The translations under genes and the position numbers were made by a program. This document shows positions 41,643 through 51,699 of a stretch of DNA of 64,000 bases, in pieces (within the stretch, counting starts at the first letter, position 1; the number at the start of each line of letters is the position of its first letter). The stretch is from Nitrospirota bacterium (GTDB lineage: Bacteria; Nitrospirota; Thermodesulfovibrionia; Thermodesulfovibrionales; Dissulfurispiraceae), in the NCBI GenBank assembly GCA_040758355.1, contig JBFLWF010000007.1, forward strand, positions 1 through 64,000, in the 5' to 3' direction. The notes beneath the pieces were generated by a model. It did no database searches and had not been told where the DNA came from. It saw only the letters and a program-made list of their open reading frames with translations.

Positions 41643-42092
41643 ATGCTAAAAGCAAAAGACATAATGACGCGCGATGTTATAACAGTCAAACCAACCACCA
41701 CCATAGAAGAGATGGCACGGATATTTATAGAAAAGAAAGTCAGCGGTGCGCCTGTGGTGGATGACAATGGTGATGTAATAGGCATTGTTACCGAAAATGA
41801 TCTCATAAGCCAGAATAAAAGGCTGCATATTCCGACTGTTGTGCGGCTGTTTGACGCCTTTATAATGCTCGAGAGCCCGAGCAAGATAGAAAAGGAAATC
41901 AAAAAGATGGCTGCGGTTACAGTGTCCGATATATGCGTCAGGGATGTCATAACAGTTGCGGAAGACACCGCCGTGGAAGACATAGCCACGATAATGTCTG
42001 AGAAGAAGGTGCATCTTATTCCTGTTGTTGAGGGCAAAAAGGTTCGCGGAATAATCGGCAAGATGGATATAATCAAAGGGATGGTGAGATAG
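41643..42092 (+). CDS. CBS-domain pair protein
   Basis: AKDIMTRDVITV, GAPVVD..GIVTENDL, second CBS repeat. Confidence 0.9.
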   Translation: MLKAKDIMTRDVITVKPTTTIEEMARIFIEKKVSGAPVVDDNGDVIGIVTENDLISQNKRLHIPTVVRLFDAFIMLESPSKIEKEIKKMAAVTVSDICVRDVITVAEDTAVEDIATIMSEKKVHLIPVVEGKKVRGIIGKMDIIKGMVR

Positions 42093-42157
42093 CTGATAGC
42101 TGATAGCTGATAGCTGATAGCAAAAGACTATGAGCTATGAGCTATGAGCCATGAGCT
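42088..42157. repeat. Inverted (GATAGCT)x5 / (CTATGAG)x4 pair supplying the CBS stop and the tsaE start
   Basis: TAG 42090-92 and ATG 42144 both lie inside repeat units. Confidence 0.9.
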
Positions 42158-42599
42158 GCGGATTATTACTAAATCGCCGTCAGAGACCGAGGGTGTTGGT
42201 TTTAGACTCGGGATGTTTTTAAAAATGCAAAGAGGCGCAACGGTATGCCTCTATGGAGACCTTGGTGCAGGCAAAACTACATTAATCAAAGGGATTGCAT
42301 CGGCTTTCGGCATTCCTGAAAGGGATATCGGCAGCGCAAGCTTTGTCATAGTAGCAGAATACGAGACCACTCCCCCTTTTTATCACATAGACCTTTACAG
42401 GGTTGAGCGGGAAAATGATATCGATGATCTGGGCATATGGGAATATATAGGATCGGGTGGAATTGCCGTAGTCGAGTGGGCCGAAAGGCTTTCCGAACTT
42501 CCTGAAGACGCAATTAAAGTAAGGATGAATTATGTTGACGAAAATTCGAGAGAGGTAATTATAGAAGGGATAAATGAAAAAGATTGGCATAATATGTAA
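42144..42599 (+). CDS. tsaE: tRNA threonylcarbamoyladenosine ATPase
   Basis: GDLGAGKTT, YHIDLYR, VVEWAE. Confidence 0.92.
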   Translation: MSHELRIITKSPSETEGVGFRLGMFLKMQRGATVCLYGDLGAGKTTLIKGIASAFGIPERDIGSASFVIVAEYETTPPFYHIDLYRVERENDIDDLGIWEYIGSGGIAVVEWAERLSELPEDAIKVRMNYVDENSREVIIEGINEKDWHNM

Positions 42600-43425
42600 G
42601 ATCGGAAGACCCGAGCCGGTCGAGATATTGAAGGAGTTTCTCCCGTGGCTGAGGAATAAGGGCTATGAAGTGTTTCTGGACATAGAAACAGCAGGGCTCC
42701 TTAATATGGAGGGCTATTCGAGGTCACAGATACCCTCGATGGCAGATGTGATTATAGTCCTCGGCGGTGACGGGACAATGCTGGGTGTTGCGCGCCTTGT
42801 CGGCGATAGAGGGGTTCCAATACTCGGCGTCAACCTCGGAGGGCTCGGTTTTATCACAGAGGTGAACAGGGACGAGATATTCGAGGCTGTGGAAAAGGCG
42901 CTTGCAGGCAGATGCTCCATAGAAGAGCGGATAATGCTGACCGCTGCTGTACATCGTCATGGAGAAAGGATTGCCGATTTTGTAGTCTTAAACGATGTCG
43001 TCATCAATAAAGGGGCGCTTGCACGGATTATAGACCTCGAAACGTACATCAACAATTCCTATGTTACAACCTTTAAGGCTGACGGTCTGATCATTTCGAC
43101 ACCAACTGGATCAACGGCGTATTCCCTGTCAGCCGGCGGTCCTATACTGTATCCTACATTGAACAGCATTGTCCTTACGCCTATATGCCCGCATACCCTT
43201 ACGAACAGGCCCATTGTCCTTCCCGATGATTTCACCGTCGAGATCATGATGAGATCGGAAAGCGAAGACGTCTTTCTTACTCTTGACGGGCAGGTTGGGT
43301 TTTCACTGAGGAAGAACGACGCCATCGAGGTGAAAAAATCGGAATTCACGACAAAGCTCCTCATGCCATGCGAGCGTGATTATTTTCAGGTCTTAAGAAC
43401 AAAGCTCAAATGGGGTGAGAGATAA
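42574..43425 (+). CDS. nadK: NAD kinase
   Basis: GGDGT, NLGGLGF, LNDVV, TPTGSTAYSLSAGGP. Confidence 0.96.
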   Translation: MKKIGIICKIGRPEPVEILKEFLPWLRNKGYEVFLDIETAGLLNMEGYSRSQIPSMADVIIVLGGDGTMLGVARLVGDRGVPILGVNLGGLGFITEVNRDEIFEAVEKALAGRCSIEERIMLTAAVHRHGERIADFVVLNDVVINKGALARIIDLETYINNSYVTTFKADGLIISTPTGSTAYSLSAGGPILYPTLNSIVLTPICPHTLTNRPIVLPDDFTVEIMMRSESEDVFLTLDGQVGFSLRKNDAIEVKKSEFTTKLLMPCERDYFQVLRTKLKWGER

Positions 43426-45736
43426 TATCAGAAGTATAATGGATTGCATTAAGACTTATATCAAAAAAGCATTTATCTATACGCTTTCTCTTTCGGTGGC
43501 AGTGTTTTGTCTGTGCCGCACTGCCGCAGCAGAATACGCTATCAACCAGACAATCTTTCAGAAAATACGGTACATTGACGGCAAACAGGAACAGATCATC
43601 AAAGCTGTGTATACGATAACGGAAGTTAAAGAGACAAAATCCGTAGGAGAAGGGGTATTTGCAAAGAGAGCCGATGGAAAGTTCATCATCGTGAGATTTA
43701 AGGTCCATAATAAAAGCAGTAACCAGATCCCTTCAGATATATTAACAGACCTCATGCTCATCGACAATAAAAAGAGACGTTGGGATCAGTCCCTTGGCGC
43801 TACAGGTTCCATGAGGCTCGGCACCGAGAGCTTCGGGCGCATGGAAATAAGTGCCGATAAGGGAATAGAAGATGTCATAGTATTCGACGTGCCTGAAGAT
43901 GTCCGTGATTATCTGATTCTCCTCCCTGGAGGTGCAAGGGTTGCGCCTGTTGCTCAGAAGAAAACAGCAAGACCCGAAGGAGAATTAAAAAGGGAAGTAG
44001 GTGAGATCAAGCCTTCGAAGGCAGGAAAACCTCTGGAGGAAAAGCAAGAAAAGGCTGCTGAAGATAAGATTAAACAAGAGCCTGAAAAGAAGCCGATAAT
44101 CGAAAAAATAGGCGACAGTACAAAGAAAGATAAGGCTGCAAAAACCGTTATAGTCAATGTGCATACTGCAAATCTGAGACGTAAACCGTCCCTTGATTCC
44201 GACCCTGCTGCCTCGGTTAATAAAGGTGCAGTCCTCGAAGTTGCAGGAGAATTCAAGGAGGACAACGGCAGGAAATGGTATAAAGTAAGAAAAGATGGCA
44301 AGGAGTACTGGATTATTGAAAAGATTGTAAAGATTGTAAAGGTTAAGGAAAATGGTGTCGGGGGGAAATCGGTTAAAAAATCCCTTCCAGATCTGCTTGA
44401 CGAGGCAAATGCCTTTTACAGGGAAGGCAAGTGTGAAGACTTTATAAATGTCAATGAGAAGGCCATTGAAATAGCCTCGAAGCAAAATAATCTGCCTGTT
44501 CAAGGGCGGCTGCATTACAATGTGGCAGAGTGCTACACAAGGTTGAACAAATATGATGATGCACAAAGGCATCTTGGCAATGCTATAAATATTGGAGCAA
44601 GGATAAAAGACCTTGAACTGGAAATCCTCGCACTGATAGACAGGAGCAGGGTGCTTATTGCCAAAGGCGACAAAAAGGGCTCTGCTGAAGTTTTTCGGGT
44701 GGTCTCGGACAGGGCGAATAAGGAAATATTTCTGAATATCGCAGCAAAAGACCATATAAAGGCGCTGGTTTCCATGCAGATGGCCGGTGTTTTGTTGGAC
44801 ACGGGAGACAAAGAGAGGGCAAAAGAAAGGCTGGAATATGCATTGATGGTGAATAATGATTTCAAGCTTGAGGAAAATATTATAAACATCTTGAGGTCAG
44901 CAGGGCTTAAGGCGCACACGGAGTTATCAGGCATAAATGATGTGTTCGATGAGGCATGGACATTTTACGAGAAGGGCGATTATAAGGGCATGGAAAGGGT
45001 TTCGAGGATTGCCGTGGAAAAGGCAAAAAAACTGGGTTATAAAAGAGGTGTATTCGGCGGTAATTATTATATTGCGATGTCTCTCATAAGCATGGATGAA
45101 CATGATAAGGCAATAGACCATGCGCTCCTTGCCCAGGAGCTATCCGAAAAAGGCAATGACGAGGCAAGGCTCGGCATGGTTTATAACCTCATCGGCAACA
45201 TCTTCAAGCAGAAGAAGTCATACGAAAAGGCCATGTATTATTACAATAAATACTTTGACAGCGTGAAGAGGACAGGGAACAGGGAAGGGGAGGCAGTGGC
45301 ATTAAGCAATATGGGCAATGTCTTGATGGATAAGGGTGAATACAGGGATGCCCTTAAATATTATGAAGACTCGTTAAAGGTCAGCCTCGAGATAGGGACC
45401 GTCAGGCACATAATTGCCCAGGCATACATGAGCATCGGGCGTGTTTTGAAAAAGCTCGGCGATTATAAAAATGCGGAAAAGAGCATAGTCATTGCCATTA
45501 ATATCTTCAGGGAATTGGGGAATGAAGGAGGCGAGGTTGTCGGTCTGTGGGAGATGGCGGACAACTATGCATTGCAGTTAGAATACCCGTCGGCCATAAA
45601 ACTCCTTGAGGATAATCTCAATCGTGCGGAGAAGTTCGGGATGAAGAATAATTTCATAGATGATCTTATCAACAATGCTGAAAAGAATAAAGACTACTTA
45701 AGGGTTGAGAAATATAAGGATATGAAAGTCAATTAA
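43415..45736 (+). CDS. Secreted multidomain protein: DUF4352-like + SH3b + TPR
   Basis: Signal peptide; GKFIIVRFKVHN..VFDVP; ANLRRKPS..GRKWYKV SH3b; TPR array. Confidence 0.7.
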   Translation: MRDNIRSIMDCIKTYIKKAFIYTLSLSVAVFCLCRTAAAEYAINQTIFQKIRYIDGKQEQIIKAVYTITEVKETKSVGEGVFAKRADGKFIIVRFKVHNKSSNQIPSDILTDLMLIDNKKRRWDQSLGATGSMRLGTESFGRMEISADKGIEDVIVFDVPEDVRDYLILLPGGARVAPVAQKKTARPEGELKREVGEIKPSKAGKPLEEKQEKAAEDKIKQEPEKKPIIEKIGDSTKKDKAAKTVIVNVHTANLRRKPSLDSDPAASVNKGAVLEVAGEFKEDNGRKWYKVRKDGKEYWIIEKIVKIVKVKENGVGGKSVKKSLPDLLDEANAFYREGKCEDFINVNEKAIEIASKQNNLPVQGRLHYNVAECYTRLNKYDDAQRHLGNAINIGARIKDLELEILALIDRSRVLIAKGDKKGSAEVFRVVSDRANKEIFLNIAAKDHIKALVSMQMAGVLLDTGDKERAKERLEYALMVNNDFKLEENIINILRSAGLKAHTELSGINDVFDEAWTFYEKGDYKGMERVSRIAVEKAKKLGYKRGVFGGNYYIAMSLISMDEHDKAIDHALLAQELSEKGNDEARLGMVYNLIGNIFKQKKSYEKAMYYYNKYFDSVKRTGNREGEAVALSNMGNVLMDKGEYRDALKYYEDSLKVSLEIGTVRHIIAQAYMSIGRVLKKLGDYKNAEKSIVIAINIFRELGNEGGEVVGLWEMADNYALQLEYPSAIKLLEDNLNRAEKFGMKNNFIDDLINNAEKNKDYLRVEKYKDMKVN

Positions 45737-45739
45737 ATT

Positions 45740-46492
45740 ATGAACAAGATTGACAGCTTGAAAATAGTTCTTGAGTTTTATAAAGAACTCGGCTTTGAGA
45801 GACTGCCGCTTAATTACAGCGGTCAGCAGTCAGCAGTCAGCAATCAGGGCGTTAAACGAGCTGAACCTTTTGAACGAATTACTACTGTAGGCGGTTCAAG
45901 CCGTTCAAGAAGTTCAAATAGTCACAAAGAGGCTTTACTCAAGGTGATTCGCGATGAAATCGGCGACTGCCAGAGGTGCAAGCTTTCCATAGGAAGGACG
46001 CATATCGTCTTTGGCGAGGGCAATGCGAATGCAAAAATAATGTTTATCGGAGAGGGCCCTGGAAGGGAAGAAGACCTGCAGGCACGGCCTTTTGTAGGCG
46101 ATGCAGGACAGCTTTTGACAAGACTCATTGAGAGGATGGGCTTTAAGAGGGAGGACGTGTATATTGCGAATATCGTAAAATGCAGACCGCCCATGAACAG
46201 GGATCCGCAGGATGACGAGATATCTACATGTTTCCCTTTTCTTGATAAGCAGATCGATATAATATCTCCAGAAGTGATAGTGTCCCTCGGGAAGATATCC
46301 GCATACATGCTCATGGGAGTTAAAGGCCCTATAAGCAAATTCTCCATTACAAAGGTCCGTGGAAGATTTTATGAATATAAGGGAATTCCTGTGATGCCCA
46401 CATTCCATCCGGCGTATCTTTTAAGAAATCCAAAGGATAAGTGGCTTACATGGGAGGATGCGCAGGCAGTGCTTAAGAAGTTAAGTAAATGA
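45740..46492 (+). CDS. udg: Family-4 uracil-DNA glycosylase
   Basis: CQRCKL, GEGPG, PFVG, NIVKCRPP.NR, TFHPAYLLR. Confidence 0.94.
   Translation: MNKIDSLKIVLEFYKELGFERLPLNYSGQQSAVSNQGVKRAEPFERITTVGGSSRSRSSNSHKEALLKVIRDEIGDCQRCKLSIGRTHIVFGEGNANAKIMFIGEGPGREEDLQARPFVGDAGQLLTRLIERMGFKREDVYIANIVKCRPPMNRDPQDDEISTCFPFLDKQIDIISPEVIVSLGKISAYMLMGVKGPISKFSITKVRGRFYEYKGIPVMPTFHPAYLLRNPKDKWLTWEDAQAVLKKLSK
45817..45918. repeat. CAGCAGT tandem plus inverted 9-mer (TTGAAC/GTTCAA) tracts in the udg linker
   Basis: Tracts at 45817-47, 45852-76 and 45892-918, encoding SGQQSAVSNQ..GGSSRSRSSN. Confidence 0.75.
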
Positions 46493-46555
46493 AGTAAATA
46501 AGTAAATAAGTGAATGAGGTGTCAATGACTTAATAACTCAATAACTTATTTGCTC
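46483..46555. repeat. Inverted 8-mer tandem pair at the udg end
   Basis: aagtaaatgaagtaaataagtaaataagtgaatgag ... gacttaataactcaataacttatttgctc. Confidence 0.7.
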
Positions 46556-46565
46556 TGGAGGTTGC

Positions 46566-47060
46566 ATGAAAACTATTTGGGCGCCGTGGAGGATGGAGTA
46601 TATACTTTCAGAAAAGGATAAGGAGTGTCTTTTCTGCGTAAAACATAAGGAGAATAATGACAGGGATAACCTTATTCTTCACAGGTCAGAACATGTCTAT
46701 GTGATCATGAATAAGTATCCTTATAACAACGGTCACCTCATGGTCGTTCCCTATTTCCATACATCCTCATTTGACGGACTTCCTGATACTGCTCTTTCAG
46801 AGCTTATGAAGATTACAAAGTATTCTGTGGAGTGTCTTGGAAAAGCCTTTAATCCTGAAGGCTTTAATATAGGCATTAACTTCGGAGAGGTTGCAGGTGC
46901 AGGAATCGAGGAACATATGCATATCCATATTGTCCCACGGTGGGCAGGGGATGCGAGCTTCATGACAGTGCTCGGCGAAGTGAGGGTTATACCAGAGCAT
47001 ATACTTGAGACCTATGACAAGCTCCATCTTATTTTTAATGCCCTTGAAAATTTACGATAA
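46566..47060 (+). CDS. HIT-family hydrolase
   Basis: WAPWR, CLFC, NKYPYNNGH, HMHIHIVPRW. Confidence 0.93.
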   Translation: MKTIWAPWRMEYILSEKDKECLFCVKHKENNDRDNLILHRSEHVYVIMNKYPYNNGHLMVVPYFHTSSFDGLPDTALSELMKITKYSVECLGKAFNPEGFNIGINFGEVAGAGIEEHMHIHIVPRWAGDASFMTVLGEVRVIPEHILETYDKLHLIFNALENLR

Positions 47061-47113
47061 ATTTACGTTAGCTCTCCTTGACTATGGAGTTTTACCTTTA
47101 GTAGACTAATCGC

Positions 47114-47698
47114 ATGGAAAGAAAGATAATCAAGGCATTTGAAGACAGCATAAACATAAAGGGGAAATTCGTTAAGGAAAACGCATCGCTTATCGCAGAG
47201 GTATCAAAACTGATAGCCGATGCATTTAATGACGGCAAAAAAGTTCTCCTTTTCGGCAACGGCGGAAGCGCCTGCGATGCATCCCACATTGCAGCAGAGT
47301 TTGTTAACCGCTTTAAAAAGGACAGGCCCGGCTTGCCTGCTATTGCATTGAATACGGACATGGCGGTGCTCACATCCATATCAAATGATTATGACTACTC
47401 GGAAATCTTTGCGCGACAGGTCAAGACATTATCAGAGCCCGGAGATATTGTCATAGCCATAAGCACAAGCGGGAGCTCAAAGAATATCCTTAAGGCAGTT
47501 GATGTGGCAAAGAAAAAGGGCTTAAAGACCATTGCCTTTACCGGGTTAAAAGGCGATAAGTTCGCTTCCAAAAGTGATTATGCCTTTGTTGTGCCTTCCG
47601 ATGATACCCCGCGCATTCAGGAGACCCATATAACGCTCGGGCATGTCTTATGCCAGATGGTGGAAGAGATACTCTTTGAAGCACCGAGAAAAAGATGA
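47114..47698 (+). CDS. gmhA: Phosphoheptose isomerase
   Basis: GNGGSA.DA.H, NDY, STSG, RIQETH. Confidence 0.95.
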   Translation: MERKIIKAFEDSINIKGKFVKENASLIAEVSKLIADAFNDGKKVLLFGNGGSACDASHIAAEFVNRFKKDRPGLPAIALNTDMAVLTSISNDYDYSEIFARQVKTLSEPGDIVIAISTSGSSKNILKAVDVAKKKGLKTIAFTGLKGDKFASKSDYAFVVPSDDTPRIQETHITLGHVLCQMVEEILFEAPRKR

Positions 47699-47702
47699 AG
47701 GA

Positions 47703-48260
47703 ATGAAAATCCTCGGAATCGATCCCGGAAGTATAAACTGTGGGTATGGACTAATAACAAAAATTAGAAAAATTAGGGACACATCCCATATTTATGGAAG
47801 TATAAGCCGAAAGGTGGATACAAATATGGGATGTGTCCCTAATTTTTCTAAGCTCCAGTATCTTTCCTCCGGCAGAATTGTTCTTCCTGCCAAAAAACCC
47901 CTTTATGTGAGACTCAGAGAACTCTACACATCCCTTGCGGATGTGATTGCTGAATATAAGCCCGATGAAATAGTGATCGAAAAGATATTTTTTGCAAAAG
48001 GCACTAAGGCTGCCCTCAGCCTCGGGCATACAAGGGGAGTGGTGCTTCTTGCTGCTTCCTTAACCGGCCTTTCTATTTATGAGTACAGCGCCCTTGAGGT
48101 GAAGAAGGCAGTAGTGGGTTACGGCAGGGCTGATAAGAATCAGGTGCAGAAGATGGTAAGGGAAATATTAAACATTAAGCATTCATTATCTCCGGACAGC
48201 GCAGATGCGCTCGCATTAGCAATCTGCCATGCAAATACGAGACAGTTTGATTTGCGATAA
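47703..48260 (+). CDS. ruvC: Holliday junction resolvase with in-frame palindromic insertion
   Basis: MKILGIDPG, IEKIF, LGHTRG, KKAVVGYG.A.K.QV, DSADALA. Confidence 0.93.
   Translation: MKILGIDPGSINCGYGLITKIRKIRDTSHIYGSISRKVDTNMGCVPNFSKLQYLSSGRIVLPAKKPLYVRLRELYTSLADVIAEYKPDEIVIEKIFFAKGTKAALSLGHTRGVVLLAASLTGLSIYEYSALEVKKAVVGYGRADKNQVQKMVREILNIKHSLSPDSADALALAICHANTRQFDLR
47764..47851. repeat. Perfect 30 bp inverted repeat inside ruvC
   Basis: TTAGAAAAATTAGGGACACATCCCATATTT (47764-93) and its exact reverse complement (47822-51). Confidence 0.95.
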
Positions 48261-48465
48261 GCATAACTGACTTGAGCGAATTGTTATTTTTCGTTAACAG
48301 TTCTTAGCGAAATGGAGCGTCAGGCAATGGTATAATCTTGGAGCGACCATACCATTGCCTGACAGCCGCAACTGTCTGAGCGAAGCGAGTTTTGCGGCTG
48401 TAGCGGAATGAGCTTAGAACTGTAGAAAAGTAGCACCTGAAGCGAAAGTCAGTTATGCTTATCGC
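48254..48465 (+). other. 212 bp multi-branched structured element (ncRNA or MITE)
   Basis: 20 bp perfect terminal IR, 15 bp and 10 bp internal hairpins, 8 bp stem, recurring AGCG in unpaired parts. Confidence 0.75.
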
Positions 48466-48522
48466 CATTATTACTGTTATTAAATGCTGACTACTGGCTG
48501 CTGTTTGCTGTATACTAATGTT

Positions 48523-49092
48523 GTGATTGCATCGCTGCGTGGAAAACTGATTTCAAAAAGGCCGGAGAGCCTGACAGTAGATGTGGGAGGCGTCGGTTAC
48601 AGTGTTCAGGTGCCTTTAACGCTGCTTTCATCCCTTCCTGAAGAAAACAGAGATGTCTTTCTGTACATATACACACATGTGAGAGAGGATGCCATACAGC
48701 TCTATGGCTTTCAGGCAGAGGATGAGAAAAGGATATTCACCACGCTCATAGGCATATCAGGAATAGGGCCGAAGGTAGCATTAAATATACTCTCAACTAT
48801 TCCGCCGGATAATTTTCACAATGCAATAAATTCCGAGGATGTGGACGTCCTCTGCAGGGTGCCTGGACTCGGCAAGAAGACAGCCCACAGGTTAATCCTT
48901 GAGCTGAAGGGAAAGCTTCCATCCATTAAAGAAAAGAAAGACACTATTTATGACGACACCCTGTCCGCACTCGTAAACCTCGGCTATAAAAAGAACATTG
49001 CCCAGGATGCCCTTGAAAAGGCATACAATAACGGCTACAGGGATATTGAAAGTTTACTCAGGGAGTCATTAAAATACCTTACAAAAGAGTGA
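48523..49092 (+). CDS. ruvA: Holliday junction branch-migration protein RuvA
   Basis: GTG start (MIASLRG); GVGY, HVREDA..LYGF, GIGPK, PGLGKKTA, ALVNLGY. Confidence 0.95.
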   Translation: MIASLRGKLISKRPESLTVDVGGVGYSVQVPLTLLSSLPEENRDVFLYIYTHVREDAIQLYGFQAEDEKRIFTTLIGISGIGPKVALNILSTIPPDNFHNAINSEDVDVLCRVPGLGKKTAHRLILELKGKLPSIKEKKDTIYDDTLSALVNLGYKKNIAQDALEKAYNNGYRDIESLLRESLKYLTKE

Positions 49093-49096
49093 CTGA

Positions 49097-49128
49097 ATGG
49101 AGTATTGGAGTGATGGAGTAATGGAATA
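49097..49128. repeat. (GGAGTAAT)-type 8-mer tandem, intergenic
   Basis: atggagtattggagtgatggagtaatggaata. Confidence 0.8.
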
Positions 49129-49129
49129 G

Positions 49130-50152
49130 ATGAGAATAGAGGACAACGAACTAAGTCCGCTTTCTCCTGAAGTAAGCCAGGAGGAACTGACATACGAGAT
49201 AAACCTCAGACCCCGCTCCCTCGATGAATTTATAGGGCAGGAGCGGATCAAGGAAAACCTTAAGGTATTCATTGCCGCAGCACGCCTCAGAAAGGAACCC
49301 CTCGACCACGTGCTTTTCTGCGGCCCTCCCGGGCTTGGAAAGACTACCCTTGCCACAATAATAGCCAATGAACTTATGGTGAACATAAAGACCACATCAG
49401 GCCCTGTTCTTGAAAGACCGGGTGACCTGGCTGCCATACTCACCAATCTCTCTGACAGGGATATCCTGTTTATAGATGAAATCCACAGATTGCCCCGAAT
49501 TGTGGAAGAGGTGCTGTATCCGGCAATGGAGGATTATAAGCTCGACATAATCATCGGGCAGGGGCCAAATGCAAGGACGCTGAAATTAAATCTCCCGAGA
49601 TTTACCCTTATAGGCGCAACAACGAGGACAGGACTTCTGACATCGCCATTGAGGGACAGGTTCGGAGTCATATGCAGGCTTGAGTTTTATAATCCTGAAG
49701 AGTTGAAGGAGATAGTAAACCGCTCTGCCCATCTGCTCGAGATAGAGATAAGGGGTGACGCTGCTATAGAGATCGCAAAGAGGTCCCGCGGCACACCAAG
49801 GATTGCAAACAGACTTTTAAAACGGGTGAGGGATTTTGCACAGGTAAAGGGCGACGGAATCATCGATATGAAGATAACAAAGGATGCCCTTCATGCCTTA
49901 AATGTGGATGTCCTAGGCCTCGACGAGATAGACAGGAAGCTCATTCTCACAATAATAGAAAAATTCAGCGGAGGACCTGCCGGAATAGATGCCATTGCTG
50001 CATCTTTAAGGGAAGACAGGGAGACGATAGAGGATGTGTATGAGCCTTATCTCTTGCAGGAAGGCTTAATCGAAAGGACCTCAAGGGGGAGGCTTGCCAC
50101 AAGGCTGGCTTATGAGCATTTGGGGAAGAGTCTGCCGCAGGGATTGTTTTAG
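49130..50152 (+). CDS. ruvB: Holliday junction helicase RuvB
   Basis: [34 protein letters not shown]. Confidence 0.98.
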   Translation: MRIEDNELSPLSPEVSQEELTYEINLRPRSLDEFIGQERIKENLKVFIAAARLRKEPLDHVLFCGPPGLGKTTLATIIANELMVNIKTTSGPVLERPGDLAAILTNLSDRDILFIDEIHRLPRIVEEVLYPAMEDYKLDIIIGQGPNARTLKLNLPRFTLIGATTRTGLLTSPLRDRFGVICRLEFYNPEELKEIVNRSAHLLEIEIRGDAAIEIAKRSRGTPRIANRLLKRVRDFAQVKGDGIIDMKITKDALHALNVDVLGLDEIDRKLILTIIEKFSGGPAGIDAIAASLREDRETIEDVYEPYLLQEGLIERTSRGRLATRLAYEHLGKSLPQGLF

Positions 50153-50154
50153 AA

Positions 50155-50682
50155 GTGAAACTGCTGATGCATATATGTTGTGCCAATTGTGCTCTATATC
50201 CTTTGACTGTTATCAAGCAGAGGGGTATCGATGTGAAAGGCCTCTGGTTTAATCCGAATATCCATCCATTAACAGAATACAAAAGCAGACTGGATGCCTT
50301 AAAAAAACTTGAAACCCTGTGGAATCTAAATGTGGAATATACCGATTACTACGGATTGAAGGAATATCTCAGGAATGTGGTCGGCAATGAAGATAATCGA
50401 TGCGAATATTGCTACACGGTCAGATTGGAGGAGACTGCTAAAAAGGCCAGAGATATTAATGCCGATGCCTTTACTACATCTTTATTGGTGAGCCCTTACC
50501 AAAAATTTGATATGATTATAGATATAGGCAGGATGATGCAGGAGCGGTATTCCGTGGAGTTTTTTATCGAGGACTTCAGGAATGGGTTCAATGAGGGCAG
50601 GAGGATGTCGAAGGAACTGGAACTTTACCGCCAGAAATACTGCGGCTGTATATATTCTGAAATGGAGAGGTATGGAAGATAG
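50155..50682 (+). CDS. queH: Epoxyqueuosine reductase QueH (DUF208)
   Basis: HICCANC, NPNIHP, RCEYC, YRQKYCGCIYS. Confidence 0.9.
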   Translation: MKLLMHICCANCALYPLTVIKQRGIDVKGLWFNPNIHPLTEYKSRLDALKKLETLWNLNVEYTDYYGLKEYLRNVVGNEDNRCEYCYTVRLEETAKKARDINADAFTTSLLVSPYQKFDMIIDIGRMMQERYSVEFFIEDFRNGFNEGRRMSKELELYRQKYCGCIYSEMERYGR

Positions 50683-50697
50683 GGAGGAGATGAGACG

Positions 50698-51699
50698 ATG
50701 AGAATATGGAGTATTCGTGTTGCTGTCTTTGTGCTGTTTATTGCCTATTGCCTATTGCCTATTGCCTCATTCGCCGAGACCACCATAAGGGTATTGCTTG
50801 TTGACGGCAAGAATGCAAAGCTTCCCAAAAAGGACGAAAAGATTGAGAGGTTCGGCAATGCAAAGGGAGAAGTGCTTTTGAGCGGACTGAAGTATTCAGG
50901 TTCTATAGAGGTGTGGAAAGGGGACAACGGTCTTTACATTGTAAATGAAATACCCATTGAGGATTATATAAAGGGCGTTGTCGCCGGAGAGGTGGGAAAT
51001 AGCTGGGATATAGAGGCGCTGAAGGCACAGGCTGTTGTGGCGAGGACTTATGCCCTTTATCAAAAGCTGAATAGCAGTAAAATGCCTTATCATCTGACAT
51101 CGTCCGTTCTTCATCAGGTCTATAAGGGCGGCAATATACCCGAGAATATAGCAAAGGCAGTGAATGATACGAGGGGCGAAATATTGACATATGAAGGCAA
51201 GCCGATAATCGCATACTATCATTCCACAAGCGGCGGCATGACAGAAGACCCTGCCGAGGTGTTTGGAAAGAGCTATCCATATTTGAAGCCAGTGGAGACG
51301 AGCTGCGAACTATCTCCTTATTTTATGTGGGAGAAACGCATACCTGTGTCCGAAATTGAGCGGGCATCAAATGTGACAGGCGTAAAAGAGATTATGATAG
51401 ATGATCTGACGGTTTCCAACCGTGCGAGGGATTTTAGGATTATTACAGAGAACGGTGAACATAAAATTCCCGCCAAGGAATTAAGGAAGAGCCTCGGCTG
51501 GGACAGACTGCCGAGCACCATGATAACAAATATCGCAAAGGACGAGGATTTCTACATATTCGAGGGCAGGGGCTACGGACATGGTGTCGGGATGTGCCAG
51601 TGGAGTGCCCTCGATATGGCAAAGAAGGGAACGAGTTACAGGGATATATTGTCTAAGTTTTATCCGGGGACTGTCATAGAGTTACATGAGAACCGCTGA
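50698..51699 (+). CDS. SpoIID/LytB domain protein
   Basis: EALKAQAVVARTY, QVY, GYGHGVGMCQW. Confidence 0.9.
   Translation: MRIWSIRVAVFVLFIAYCLLPIASFAETTIRVLLVDGKNAKLPKKDEKIERFGNAKGEVLLSGLKYSGSIEVWKGDNGLYIVNEIPIEDYIKGVVAGEVGNSWDIEALKAQAVVARTYALYQKLNSSKMPYHLTSSVLHQVYKGGNIPENIAKAVNDTRGEILTYEGKPIIAYYHSTSGGMTEDPAEVFGKSYPYLKPVETSCELSPYFMWEKRIPVSEIERASNVTGVKEIMIDDLTVSNRARDFRIITENGEHKIPAKELRKSLGWDRLPSTMITNIAKDEDFYIFEGRGYGHGVGMCQWSALDMAKKGTSYRDILSKFYPGTVIELHENR
50739..50766. repeat. (TATTGCC)x4 in the signal peptide
   Basis: Encodes IAYCLLPIA. Confidence 0.9.

Noticed and set aside
43985..44755. 256 aa minus-strand ORF
   Set aside because: Antisense to the TPR/SH3 protein with no motifs; the same applies to the many short antisense ORFs in the track.
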